A stretch of DNA of 64,000 bases from Thiotrichaceae bacterium (GTDB taxonomy: Bacteria; Pseudomonadota; Gammaproteobacteria; Thiotrichales; Thiotrichaceae): assembly GCA_026989145.1 (NCBI GenBank), contig JALSJU010000123.1:42778-106777 (forward strand), read 5' to 3'. The position numbers and the translations under genes are program-made. The notes under the pieces were generated by a model. That model ran no database searches. It was not told the DNA's origin and worked only from the letters and a program-made list of their open reading frames with translations. Each line of letters opens with the position of its first letter. The stretch's first letter is position 1. Shown here in pieces: positions 8,595 to 17,735 of this stretch.

Positions 8595-10499
8595 CTATTT
8601 TCCCGTAACAATCGCTTTTGCTTGCTCAATCATATCGGCGAGTGAATTTTCTTTAATAGTTTGCCTCAATTCACTCACGTCAAATTTATGATGGCGTTCG
8701 TACGCTACACCTAGCTGTTGCATATCTGCCAACCCTGATTCACGGGCGTGATCAACAAAGCCTTTATTTTTCCAAAAGAATGCGCCTGGCATGGTGGTAG
8801 GTATGACTAGTGCATAGAAAATAATCCGTCCTAAATAAGCCATGATAATTAATGATGCCGTAAAGAATAAGCCTATTAAGATGCCACCAATACCTGATAA
8901 CCCCGTGTAACTAATGGTAACGGCAAGAATAATATTGAAAATCAACAAGGCGTTTCTTAGCCAATACGTTTTACCAAAGGTTGTTGATAGTTCATAGTGC
9001 GCAGCTTGCCCTTCACCAGAGCCACTTTTTAAATCTTTCGCATGAAACAACAAACCGACAGCTTCAATGATTAAACCCAATGCAATAACCATGGCGAAAT
9101 ACTGAATTAACTGGGTACTGTTTGACATAAACAAGCTACCCATAAAGGCCATTAACAAACCACCCAAACTGAGCATGGTGCCGTAGAAGGTTGTAGCTGT
9201 TTGCCAATGATCCCAAAAGGGACGCGCCTTGATGCGATACAACTTATACATATAGTACGAGCCAGCGGCAAAACCGACTAAGCCGAGAATAGCGGACGCG
9301 CCTGCCAATAAGTTCGTTAATCCATTATCAAAGAAGTTAAAGAATGTATAGCCAGCCAATCCTGCAAAAAATGCCGATACACCTGCAATTTCACGACTCA
9401 ATGGTGAATGGCGAAGGTTATTAAAACCACGATAAAAACGGTGTGGCTTGCCTAGATGCATATTAAGTTTATACAAACCAGACCCCATTAAACCAAACAT
9501 TACCAACAACAATGGGACTAACGCACTTGATGACTGCAGGCTTTCTATCACGGGTGCGCCGAATAGAGAGCCTAAAATCACCAACATTACAAATGCACCC
9601 ATCACTGCTTGCGCCGTTAAGGTGAACATCACGTGCGCATTTTCGTGTGATGCTAATAAGGTTTTCATACCCCAGTGTTTGGTTTTGCCATGCTTTTCAT
9701 CCAGCACAGCTTGGTAATTTCCCGCATCGTCGTCACGGTGATATTTAATCGCGGTAGAGTCTACGCGTTTCATATCGCGGTTTAGCGTTTTAGTTTGCTG
9801 AAAACGAATATTGGGTTGGGTTATTCTCGGATCAGGAAAGCCCGGAATTTGCGCATCGACCTGCTCGCGCCCTGCTGGAGTATTTTCGATCACGCCAAAC
9901 TCTAACGCATTACCTAAACAAGCTGAAACACAGGCCGGCTTAAGTCCAACTTCTAAGCGATCGACACACATATTACATTTAGAAACAGTACCTTCAACCG
10001 GGTCTAACTGCGGTGCATTATAGGGGCAAACCCATGTACAGTAACCACAACCAAAACAAATATCAGGGTCTTGTAAGACAGCCCCATATTCAGCAAATTT
10101 GGTATAAGCACGCGTCGGACAGCCTTTTAAACAAACAGGGTCATCACAGTGATTACATGCCATCGAGATATTTTGACGACGGTAATCGGGGTATGTACCG
10201 CCTTCAACAAAACCGACCGAACGAAAAGCAATGTGACCTGCATTATCATTTTTCTCACTACAAGCAGCTTCACAAGCATGGCAGGCAATACAGTTGTCCG
10301 CTGTGAAATAAAAGCCATGTTGTTTGTAGCGGTTAGGATTTTCGCCAATTTCATTATCGTTATTAATATTAAGGCTTTGCTCACGCAACGCATCACCTTC
10401 GGTAGTTAGCTCAATTGGCTTACCGTAACGGTTTTGATCTTTGCTGTCTTTGTCTTGCAAAAACGCGTATTTTGGTTCGTCTTCTCGTACTTGAAACAT
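8595..10499 (-). CDS. Fused DmsB-like 4x[4Fe-4S] domain + DmsC/YnfH-like membrane anchor
   Basis: CIACHACEAAC, CNHCDDPVCLKGCP, CFGCGYCTWVCP, KCNMC..PACVSAC, then about 8 TM helices with HLGKPHRFYRGFNNLRHSPLSRE. Confidence 0.88.
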   Translation of the reverse strand: MFQVREDEPKYAFLQDKDSKDQNRYGKPIELTTEGDALREQSLNINNDNEIGENPNRYKQHGFYFTADNCIACHACEAACSEKNDNAGHIAFRSVGFVEGGTYPDYRRQNISMACNHCDDPVCLKGCPTRAYTKFAEYGAVLQDPDICFGCGYCTWVCPYNAPQLDPVEGTVSKCNMCVDRLEVGLKPACVSACLGNALEFGVIENTPAGREQVDAQIPGFPDPRITQPNIRFQQTKTLNRDMKRVDSTAIKYHRDDDAGNYQAVLDEKHGKTKHWGMKTLLASHENAHVMFTLTAQAVMGAFVMLVILGSLFGAPVIESLQSSSALVPLLLVMFGLMGSGLYKLNMHLGKPHRFYRGFNNLRHSPLSREIAGVSAFFAGLAGYTFFNFFDNGLTNLLAGASAILGLVGFAAGSYYMYKLYRIKARPFWDHWQTATTFYGTMLSLGGLLMAFMGSLFMSNSTQLIQYFAMVIALGLIIEAVGLLFHAKDLKSGSGEGQAAHYELSTTFGKTYWLRNALLIFNIILAVTISYTGLSGIGGILIGLFFTASLIIMAYLGRIIFYALVIPTTMPGAFFWKNKGFVDHARESGLADMQQLGVAYERHHKFDVSELRQTIKENSLADMIEQAKAIVTGK

Positions 10500-10529
10500 G
10501 TCTATAATTTACTCAAAAAATAAAAAGAT

Positions 10530-10567
10530 CAGGTTGGGCATAAATTGGAAGGGGACTCCCAGCCTGA
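10530..10567. other. Intercistronic hairpin between nitrate reductase and its partner gene
   Basis: TCAGGTTGGG ... CCCAGCCTGA imperfect inverted repeat; boundaries approximate. Confidence 0.35.
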
Positions 10568-10624
10568 CAGCTCAATGTAAGGGGTTCTAATAAAGTTTAT
10601 ACTCTATCAGAAGCTCCTACTAAG

Positions 10625-12829
10625 CTAAAAAGTTCGCATCTCCATGCTCATTTGAGCAGCTGCTTTTTGATCTACAATTCGTTCAATTCGAACGGCGGAT
10701 TGTTTATAAGCAGGCTGGCGAGAATGCGGATCGAGCAAACCGAGTGTTAAACGATTTGCACAATCATGAAAATGGAATGGCACAAATATCATATTCTTAG
10801 GAACACGATGTGTAAGCTGTGCCATTACAATGGCGTCGGATCTCGGTGAAACGAGTCTTATGTAATCACCGGCAATCACGCCAAGTTCCCTAGCGGCGTC
10901 AGGATTTAACTCAGCAAACGGTATTGGAGAATACTTATTGTTATTACTGAGCTTTCCTGTCTTACTTCTGCCATGCCAATGCTCGATTAATCGACCAGTG
11001 TTTAGCCAGAACGGGAATTTGTCATCAGGAACTTCATTGTTATCTATAAATGGTAACGGAATGAGCTTTGCCTTACCATCAGGGTAGCGGAAGGTAGCAT
11101 CCTCCGTGTAGAGGCGCACACCACCTTTTTTTGGCGCCTCACCTGCTTCGGCTTGTTCTTTTGTATAAGGCCATTGAATACCACGATGTTTTTCAATGAG
11201 TTCGTGTGTCATGCCAGAATTATCGGATAAGCGCCCATGTGATAACTTGCCCATTTCTAAGAAAATATCAGCTGCTTTTTCAGGAAAATTAACTTTTCCC
11301 TCGATATTAAAACGCTCTGCCATACGATTAAAAATCCATAAATCAGGCTTTGAATTTCCATGTGGTTTTATGACTGGTTTTACCACATTGATACGGCGCT
11401 CGGTATTGGTCATTACACCGTCTTTTTCTGCCCATGTACCAGCGGGTAGATAAACCGTTCCGTATTGCGCACTTTCTGTATCTTCATAACAGTCTTGAAT
11501 CACACAGAACTCTAATTGCTCCATCGCTTTGCGAATGCGCGCTGTATTAGGCAGTGAACTCATCGGGTTGGTGGCGATTAACCATAAGCCTTTTATTTCA
11601 CCCAGCTCCATCGCTTGGTAAATATCGGTTTGAAACATGCCGCGTTTTTTGGGGAAAAACTCAGGATCAACATTCCAAAATTTACCGATATCTTCACGGT
11701 CTTGTGGGTTTTCTAATAAACGGTGATTCGGTAAGCCTGAACAGGAAGACCATTCACGCGTACCCATCGCATTACATTGCCCCGTGATAGAAAGGCTGGT
11801 GCCACCTGGAATACCAATATTACCTGTGATAAGTGCCAAATTATTAATGCCGACCACACCATCAGAGCCGTGAGTGCTTTGGTTAATTCCCATCGTCCAG
11901 ATTTGCATTGCCGTTTTTGCTTTAGCAAATTGGCGCGCGACTGCACGAATCGTATCCTCATCAATGCCACAAATTTTAGCCGCCGTAACAGGGTCGTATT
12001 TTGCAACTTCAGCTCTTAATTCTTCAATGCCATTAGTATTAGCTTCGATATAACGTTTATCTTCAAGACCTTCATCTAAGATCACATACATCATTGAATT
12101 CATCAACACTACATCAGTGCCCGGCGTCACGGTTAAGTGGCGATCTGCATTTTGTGCGAGCATTGTGACGCGCGGGTCAATAACAATCAGAGGAAAGCCC
12201 GATTTTTCTTGTGCTTCTTTCATCCGCCAATAAATAATCGGGTGTTGCTCGGGCAAGTTAGAGCCCCACGCAATCAATAAGTCAGTCTGATCAAAATCAT
12301 CATAACTCCCCGGAGGGCCGTCTGAACCAAATGATCGTTTATAGCCTGAAACCGCCGATGCCATACACAAGGTCGTATTGCCATCGTAATTGTTGGTACC
12401 AATAAGACCACGCGTAAGTTTGCCCAGCGTGTAAAATTCTTCAGTAAGCATTTGCCCTGTAGAAATAACAGCTACAGAATCACGCCCGAATTTCTCTTGT
12501 ACACGGCGAATCTCTGAATAGGTTTTATCCAGCGCAGTATCCCAGTCAGTGGTTTTCCATTCATCATGGAAGCTATCGCGAATTTTAGGCTCCGTACCGC
12601 GACCATCAGATTCAAACAACTCGTGCTCAAAGATACCTTTTAAACACAACTTACCCCGGTTTACATCCGCATTACCCACGCCGCGTGAAGACACGGCTCT
12701 GCCCTCTTCATTTAAACCCACCTCTATTGCACAACCTGTGGAACAATAACCGCAAGTAGCATACTTCCATTCTTTAACGCCTTTTTCGGCAATTTTGATG
12801 GGGTTCTTTTTTCCGCGACCAAATAACAT
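10625..12829 (-). CDS. nasA: Cytoplasmic molybdopterin nitrate reductase catalytic subunit (NasA/NarB-like)
   Basis: CGYCSTGC..LCLKG [4Fe-4S] motif, DGNTTLCMASA Mo-ligand Cys/Met, ITGQCNAMGTRE, GVMTNTERR, LNTGR..HWH; no TAT signal. Confidence 0.8.
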   Translation of the reverse strand: MLFGRGKKNPIKIAEKGVKEWKYATCGYCSTGCAIEVGLNEEGRAVSSRGVGNADVNRGKLCLKGIFEHELFESDGRGTEPKIRDSFHDEWKTTDWDTALDKTYSEIRRVQEKFGRDSVAVISTGQMLTEEFYTLGKLTRGLIGTNNYDGNTTLCMASAVSGYKRSFGSDGPPGSYDDFDQTDLLIAWGSNLPEQHPIIYWRMKEAQEKSGFPLIVIDPRVTMLAQNADRHLTVTPGTDVVLMNSMMYVILDEGLEDKRYIEANTNGIEELRAEVAKYDPVTAAKICGIDEDTIRAVARQFAKAKTAMQIWTMGINQSTHGSDGVVGINNLALITGNIGIPGGTSLSITGQCNAMGTREWSSCSGLPNHRLLENPQDREDIGKFWNVDPEFFPKKRGMFQTDIYQAMELGEIKGLWLIATNPMSSLPNTARIRKAMEQLEFCVIQDCYEDTESAQYGTVYLPAGTWAEKDGVMTNTERRINVVKPVIKPHGNSKPDLWIFNRMAERFNIEGKVNFPEKAADIFLEMGKLSHGRLSDNSGMTHELIEKHRGIQWPYTKEQAEAGEAPKKGGVRLYTEDATFRYPDGKAKLIPLPFIDNNEVPDDKFPFWLNTGRLIEHWHGRSKTGKLSNNNKYSPIPFAELNPDAARELGVIAGDYIRLVSPRSDAIVMAQLTHRVPKNMIFVPFHFHDCANRLTLGLLDPHSRQPAYKQSAVRIERIVDQKAAAQMSMEMRTF

Positions 12830-12865
12830 GGCGTACTCTTAAAAATTAATGATTATTAATCATAT

Positions 12866-12882
12866 AGCAATTACTGTGCCAA
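12866..12882 (-). promoter_or_regulatory. sigma54 promoter of the nitrate reductase operon
   Basis: Minus strand TTGGCACAGTAATTGCT, a perfect TGGCAC-N5-TTGC match. Confidence 0.9.
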
Positions 12883-12924
12883 CCCATTAAACTCTTAAAA
12901 ATTAGAGTGGATATACGTTATTAA

Positions 12925-13095
12925 GGAAACCCTGATTAAGTCCCATAAAATTCTGTAAGTCTCTAGGGCAGTATATCCTAGGCGTATTTCTCATGAATGC
13001 TTATTGCCTTCATGAGAAATACAACAACGGAGATGCTGCCCTAGAGCCTTACCCTTTGCCGTTGCCAGAATTAATGGGACTTAATCAGGTTTTCC
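12925..13095. mobile_element. 171 bp MITE-like nested hairpin flanked by TTAA
   Basis: GGAAACCCTGATTAAGTCCCATAAAATTCTG / CAGAATTAATGGGACTTAATCAGGTTTTCC near-perfect terminal inverted repeats, two further nested inverted repeats, TTAA at 12921-12924 and 13096-13099. Confidence 0.7.
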
Positions 13096-13148
13096 TTAAG
13101 GAAAACCACCTAAAACATAACACAAATAGGATCAAAGATTAGTTTGGC

Positions 13149-13163
13149 GCACTAAAGTGGTGC
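13149..13163. promoter_or_regulatory. NtrC-type enhancer box
   Basis: GCAC-TAAAGTG-GTGC (GCAC-N7-GTGC). Confidence 0.7.
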
Positions 13164-13185
13164 TAAGCAATAGGTAGAGGAAACG

Positions 13186-13875
13186 ATGGCTAATTTTAAT
13201 ACGCACTTTGCAGTTTCTGCCGTTGGCTCAGGGATGCTTGCAACGCTGTGTTTGCAAGTGGGCTTTGTGGGTACGCAAGATGCTTTGTTGCTAGCTTGCG
13301 CAGGGGTAGTTGGCGGAATATTACCAGATATTGATTTACATTACTCCTACCCAAGCCGAATTCTATTTTCCTTATTAGGCATCATGCTCTCTTTTCTTTG
13401 GGTGTTTTCAGCTAAAAATCAAACGGGCATTTTGCAATTATGGGGCGCAGGTTTAGGCATTTATTTATTTGTGCGTTTCCCGCTTTGGACACTGTTTCAA
13501 AAATTTAGCGTACATCGGGGTGCAATTCATTCGATTAATGCCGCCATGCTGTTCTCATTAGGAAGCGCCGCATTAAGCCATCATGTATTTGCTAAACCTG
13601 ATTTTACAGCGTGGTTGCTTGCCCTATTTATCTTCCTAGGTTTTATACTACATCTAGTTTTGGATGAAATTTACAGTGTTGATTTTATGGGGCAGCGACT
13701 AAAGCGCTCTTTTGGAACAGCGCTTAAATTAATCGATTTTAAAGAGCCATTAGCAAGTGCAAGTATAGCGCTCGGCGCAGGTGTTGCATGGTACTACTCG
13801 CCGAGTGCAGGGCAATTCTTAGATACCTTATTTAGCAAAGAAACCTACCAATTGATTTTACAGCGAATGTATTAA
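13186..13875 (+). CDS. Membrane-bound metal-dependent hydrolase (YdjM/DUF457-like)
   Basis: N-terminal TH, GGILPDID, HRGAIHS, HLVLDE motifs within hydrophobic helices. Confidence 0.8.
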   Translation: MANFNTHFAVSAVGSGMLATLCLQVGFVGTQDALLLACAGVVGGILPDIDLHYSYPSRILFSLLGIMLSFLWVFSAKNQTGILQLWGAGLGIYLFVRFPLWTLFQKFSVHRGAIHSINAAMLFSLGSAALSHHVFAKPDFTAWLLALFIFLGFILHLVLDEIYSVDFMGQRLKRSFGTALKLIDFKEPLASASIALGAGVAWYYSPSAGQFLDTLFSKETYQLILQRMY

Positions 13876-13919
13876 TGTGCTTTGAACTAAGTTCTAAGTG
13901 ATAACAAATAAAATAGAAA

Positions 13920-14981
13920 CTAAGGCAATAGCTTCCACCTATTTTGAGGAACATTTTTAAATACTTCCTTAAAACGCTTTTCACTCAAGTCAGAATCTTT
14001 AACCGTTCTTATCTGAATCGACTGAATATTATCAGGAAATTGTTGATAGATTTTTGCGTACACCTCGGGGTCATGCTCACCACTATCACCAATCAAAATA
14101 AAGTGATGCTTAGGATAACGCTGGATAATATTTTGAATCTGTTTGATTTTATAATCAGTTGACGGCTTTAAAAAGTTTAACAAGCTACTATCTTTAATAC
14201 GGAAATTTCGTAATGCAACGGTACCTTTCGGATAGTTTCTCTCCAGAAAAGGTTTTAAACTTGGGTAAATTTGCCAAGGCGAAGCTGAAACATAATGAAA
14301 ATAAGCCCCTTGTGTAGCAAGCTTTTTATAATACTCAGGAAAACCTTTTGTCACTCGGTAAGGCTTTATAAAGGTATTAATCAGTAATTTTTTCTTATCT
14401 AAGACTTGGCTGACTTTAATCGTGTCATCAATATCAGAGATAACGGATAAACCTTGAGGAGGAATAAACTGTACCTCACCCTGAAACTTACGTTGGAAGC
14501 TATCTTTTACCCTAAAGCTTAGCCACTTTCCATCTTGCACCGTTTTGTTTAAGCTCGCCAGGGTTTTAGCGTGACCGTTAGCTGCTGTTCTATTGAGCTT
14601 GATTAATTGCTCATCTAATGTGGTTTGAATTTCTTTATTGCGTTTGTTATCAACCAAAAACCACATAAAACGACGTTGCAAAACCGCGACGTTTTCACTG
14701 TTGTCGGTCACTTCACCCATACTCTCAAACACTTCTTTTAATGATTTCTGCGCCACTAAGCGACTTAAACTTTTTTCCTCCTTTTCAAACACCCAGTTAT
14801 GAATTGTAAATTCCCAGCCTTTAGCGGTTTTATTCGCTGAGGTAGGAAAAAGAAAAACACTTTCATCCTTTTTTAATTGCTTAGCGCTGCAAGAAACAAG
14901 CAGTACACCCATAACGAGCACCAACAAGCTAAAACGAAGGGGGGTAATTTGCAAAGTATCAATAAGTGATTTTTTCATCAT
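13920..14981 (-). CDS. App1-family phosphatidate phosphatase (DUF2183), probable lipoprotein
   Basis: SVISDIDDTIK, YVSASPWQ, FILIGDSGEHDPEVY; N-terminal LLVSC lipobox-like. Confidence 0.82.
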   Translation of the reverse strand: MMKKSLIDTLQITPLRFSLLVLVMGVLLVSCSAKQLKKDESVFLFPTSANKTAKGWEFTIHNWVFEKEEKSLSRLVAQKSLKEVFESMGEVTDNSENVAVLQRRFMWFLVDNKRNKEIQTTLDEQLIKLNRTAANGHAKTLASLNKTVQDGKWLSFRVKDSFQRKFQGEVQFIPPQGLSVISDIDDTIKVSQVLDKKKLLINTFIKPYRVTKGFPEYYKKLATQGAYFHYVSASPWQIYPSLKPFLERNYPKGTVALRNFRIKDSSLLNFLKPSTDYKIKQIQNIIQRYPKHHFILIGDSGEHDPEVYAKIYQQFPDNIQSIQIRTVKDSDLSEKRFKEVFKNVPQNRWKLLP

Positions 14982-15007
14982 AAGTTTTATTGATTTGGTT
15001 CGTAGTG

Positions 15008-15364
15008 TTACGGATTGAGTGCCTGCCCAATATAATAATGTATTTTCTTATTTTTAATATCGTTTTTGTCCAATATTTTCAGATGCCTACGCTTTTTTCC
15101 TTTTCCCTCAAGAAAACCATCATCATCTTTAAAGTTTGCACCGTTACTAAACTCAATTGAAATATGAGCTTTATAAAGAAAAATCCCACCAATTAGATCG
15201 CCTGAAAGGCTAAAGATAATCCCGCCATACTTAACCCCTTCTTCAAGCATTGAATTCTCATCAAGGAAAATATTTCTTATTTCTTCAACCGTTGCCCACT
15301 TCTCAGAACCAGTATTTTTTATATCATGTAAAAACTCATTAACTTTTTCATTGGATGATTTCAT
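15008..15364 (-). CDS. DUF1801 domain protein
   Basis: EEGVKYGGIIF, GIFLYKAHISIEFSNGA..DD.GFLEGKGK.RRHLKI. Start at MKSSNEK inferred; ORF track begins at 15409. Confidence 0.75.
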   Translation of the reverse strand: MKSSNEKVNEFLHDIKNTGSEKWATVEEIRNIFLDENSMLEEGVKYGGIIFSLSGDLIGGIFLYKAHISIEFSNGANFKDDDGFLEGKGKKRRHLKILDKNDIKNKKIHYYIGQALNP

Positions 15365-15590
15365 TTTATGCTTAGCTCGTGAAATTGATCGGTAATAATT
15401 ACCCCGCACAGATGCAACTTAGTATAGCCACTTATCAGAAAACTAAGTAGCTCGTCGCTTGCTGAATGACCATGCAACTATTTTGTGAGATATTAACAAT
15501 AGAATTACACTTTTTAGTTAGTTTACACATCTTAACGGATGTTTTTGGTTAACAACACTCTAATCCCCCGTTTATAACTGTTGTTAGCCC

Positions 15591-15670
15591 GAGTCCTTCG
15601 GGACTCCTTTTTCATAAAAGCCCCCCCTTTGCTTTTATGAGAATTCTGCCAGACTTCGGTCTGGCTTTTT
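15591..15670 (+). terminator. Three tandem hairpins; two UUCG-capped and followed by T tracts on the + strand
   Basis: GAGTCC-TTCG-GGACTC; TCATAAAAGC-N9-GCTTTTATGA; GCCAGAC-TTCG-GTCTGGC-TTTTT. Confidence 0.6.
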
Positions 15671-15730
15671 ATTGCCTAAAATAATACTTAAAAGTACTGA
15701 CCCGTACTGAGCTTTTTGTTCCTAAGGGAG

Positions 15731-17479
15731 CTAATCCCGACTGCTAAAATCTACTAAAACCTGAGGATTAGAATCCTTAATAAAATCAACCAAATCAGTT
15801 ACTTTCTTACTCAAATCAAGAGCACCTAAATCTACTGTTTTATTTCTAGCGATATATTTTGCAATTCTTACCTTTGATGCTTGGGTTTTCTTCCCCTTTG
15901 CTGTCTTAATTGACAAACAGTTATCATATTTTCCAAGTTTAGAAGTGACTGTAGCAGTAGAGTGCACGCTTTCTATTGCCTCTTTCAAAGAATCAGCAGA
16001 AAAGTAGTTTTCAATTTCACGCCCTGCGGTAATCCATGCAAAGCCTGCACCATCATCAAATTCTTTCTTTAAACGAGTTTTTGTAGCATTTATTCGTGCA
16101 TGAGGTTTTTCTCTATCACTATCTATAACGATTACCGCTCGCCTATTCATACGCCTAAGAGAAATGAAATCATCAATGGCTTCATCCATATCATAACCAG
16201 ATAAATGAGATGCTAACCTTCCTCCATAAAACATAATCGAATAATGAATACCTTCCACTAACTTTGAGTCAACTTCCTTTATCCAGTGATTCAAATAAAT
16301 TCTATCCGATGGTCCTTCTACCCAAATAATACAATTTGATTGTAATAAGTCAGAAGGGTGATAACCCAAATCGGCACAAACCTCTGATTTATGAGTATCC
16401 GACGTTACACGCCTTACTTTTGATGCTCCATCTTCTAAATTAATATGGTAAATTTCTGCATTAGGTGTATCCATTAATGCAGCTGAGTGAGTCGTGATAA
16501 AATATTGATTACTGGTAGCTTCATCTAAATATCTAACCAGCTTTTTTTGGAGTATTGGGTTTAAATGAAGTTCGGGTTCCTCCATACATATTACTGTATC
16601 TTCTAAAATCGTCGCTGCTGAAGCTAATATAATAACTTCGTGTATTCCTGCTCCTAAAGACTCTAAAGGTAAGGTCTTCCCATCCATATGTACTAAAATT
16701 GTTTCTCTATCATGAGGAATCTCTATGATAGCCGAACTATTATCGGTTACATTTTGTAGAAAGTTATTAATTTGAGAGAACTTCTTTTTATCATTCTGTC
16801 TTTGAACTTTTGGATTTTGTAATTTCACCAGTCTCTCTATAATACCTTCACCGCTAAAATCATCTGAAACGGAACCTATTTTTCCTATTTCCCTTATAGC
16901 GGGAATCATTACAGAATGAATTGCTTGGACTCTTGGCGTTAATTTCATCAGAGACTCTGGAAACCAGTGTTCACCCCTACTAATCCCATGTCTAAACGTA
17001 TGCTTATCCAAATCACTCCATAGGTAGTAAAATGCATGATCATTGAGAGTATCAAAGGCTTCCTTCCAAGAGCTATTAACAATTAAGTTTAGATCACTCC
17101 CGTATTCAAACCACACAAGGTTACTTTGATCTTTAGCTACTTTAACTTTAAATACTTCTTGTATATATTCAATAGAACGCTCACTTGAGTTAGGGAAAAG
17201 TAACCTAATACTGTCTTTATCAAGTGGAAAACCTTTACCTGCTATAAAGTCCACTCTTTTCAATACATGATTATCAAGCGGTTCAAGCGTAAATCGACCA
17301 GCCCCATTAATTTGGGGATGTGCTTCATTAATAAATTTGAGTACATTAGACTTTCCACAATTATTCTGCCCAATGAATAGATTAATCTTTGAAAAGTATT
17401 CAAAGCGCTGAATTTCCTCCCCAAAACTCCTATAGCCAGCCAAAGAAAAGGAATCAATAATTACGTTGTCATGACTCAT
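15731..17479 (-). CDS. OLD-family ATP-dependent nuclease (ABC ATPase + TOPRIM)
   Basis: GYRSF, FIGQNNCGKS Walker A, LGAGIHE signature, ICMEEPELHLNP Walker B, FITTHS, WVEGPSD and IDSD TOPRIM motifs. Start MSHDN overlaps the yoeB stop. Confidence 0.85.
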   Translation of the reverse strand: MSHDNVIIDSFSLAGYRSFGEEIQRFEYFSKINLFIGQNNCGKSNVLKFINEAHPQINGAGRFTLEPLDNHVLKRVDFIAGKGFPLDKDSIRLLFPNSSERSIEYIQEVFKVKVAKDQSNLVWFEYGSDLNLIVNSSWKEAFDTLNDHAFYYLWSDLDKHTFRHGISRGEHWFPESLMKLTPRVQAIHSVMIPAIREIGKIGSVSDDFSGEGIIERLVKLQNPKVQRQNDKKKFSQINNFLQNVTDNSSAIIEIPHDRETILVHMDGKTLPLESLGAGIHEVIILASAATILEDTVICMEEPELHLNPILQKKLVRYLDEATSNQYFITTHSAALMDTPNAEIYHINLEDGASKVRRVTSDTHKSEVCADLGYHPSDLLQSNCIIWVEGPSDRIYLNHWIKEVDSKLVEGIHYSIMFYGGRLASHLSGYDMDEAIDDFISLRRMNRRAVIVIDSDREKPHARINATKTRLKKEFDDGAGFAWITAGREIENYFSADSLKEAIESVHSTATVTSKLGKYDNCLSIKTAKGKKTQASKVRIAKYIARNKTVDLGALDLSKKVTDLVDFIKDSNPQVLVDFSSRD

Positions 17480-17735
17480 AATGCCCACCAATAGCAGTAA
17501 TGAACAAAGCCTCACCATCAAACCGATAAACCACGCGATGATACCTAGTCAATCTCCTCGACCAATATCCCGACAAATCATACTTTAACTGTTCAGGCTT
17601 ACCTATCCCCTTGGCAGGATCATTGCGAAGCATTTCTTTGAGGATTTGTCTTAGTTTGTTGTGGGCTTTTTTATCGTCACTACGGAGCTTTTCGTATTCG
17701 CTCCAGCTATCACCTTCAAATATCAATAATCGCAT
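17469..17735 (-). CDS. yoeB: Txe/YoeB-family type II toxin
   Basis: GIGKPEQLKYDLSGYWSRRLTRYHRVVY, C-terminal GHY. Confidence 0.93.
   Translation of the reverse strand: MRLLIFEGDSWSEYEKLRSDDKKAHNKLRQILKEMLRNDPAKGIGKPEQLKYDLSGYWSRRLTRYHRVVYRFDGEALFITAIGGHYES

Noticed and set aside
15466-15552. 28-aa hydrophobic + strand ORF as a type I toxin
   Set aside because: No Shine-Dalgarno, and hydrophobicity is expected from T-rich intergenic DNA.
15731-17479. Gabija, PARIS, Septu or retron system
   Set aside because: No adjacent UvrD helicase, separate TOPRIM or HNH partner, or reverse transcriptase.
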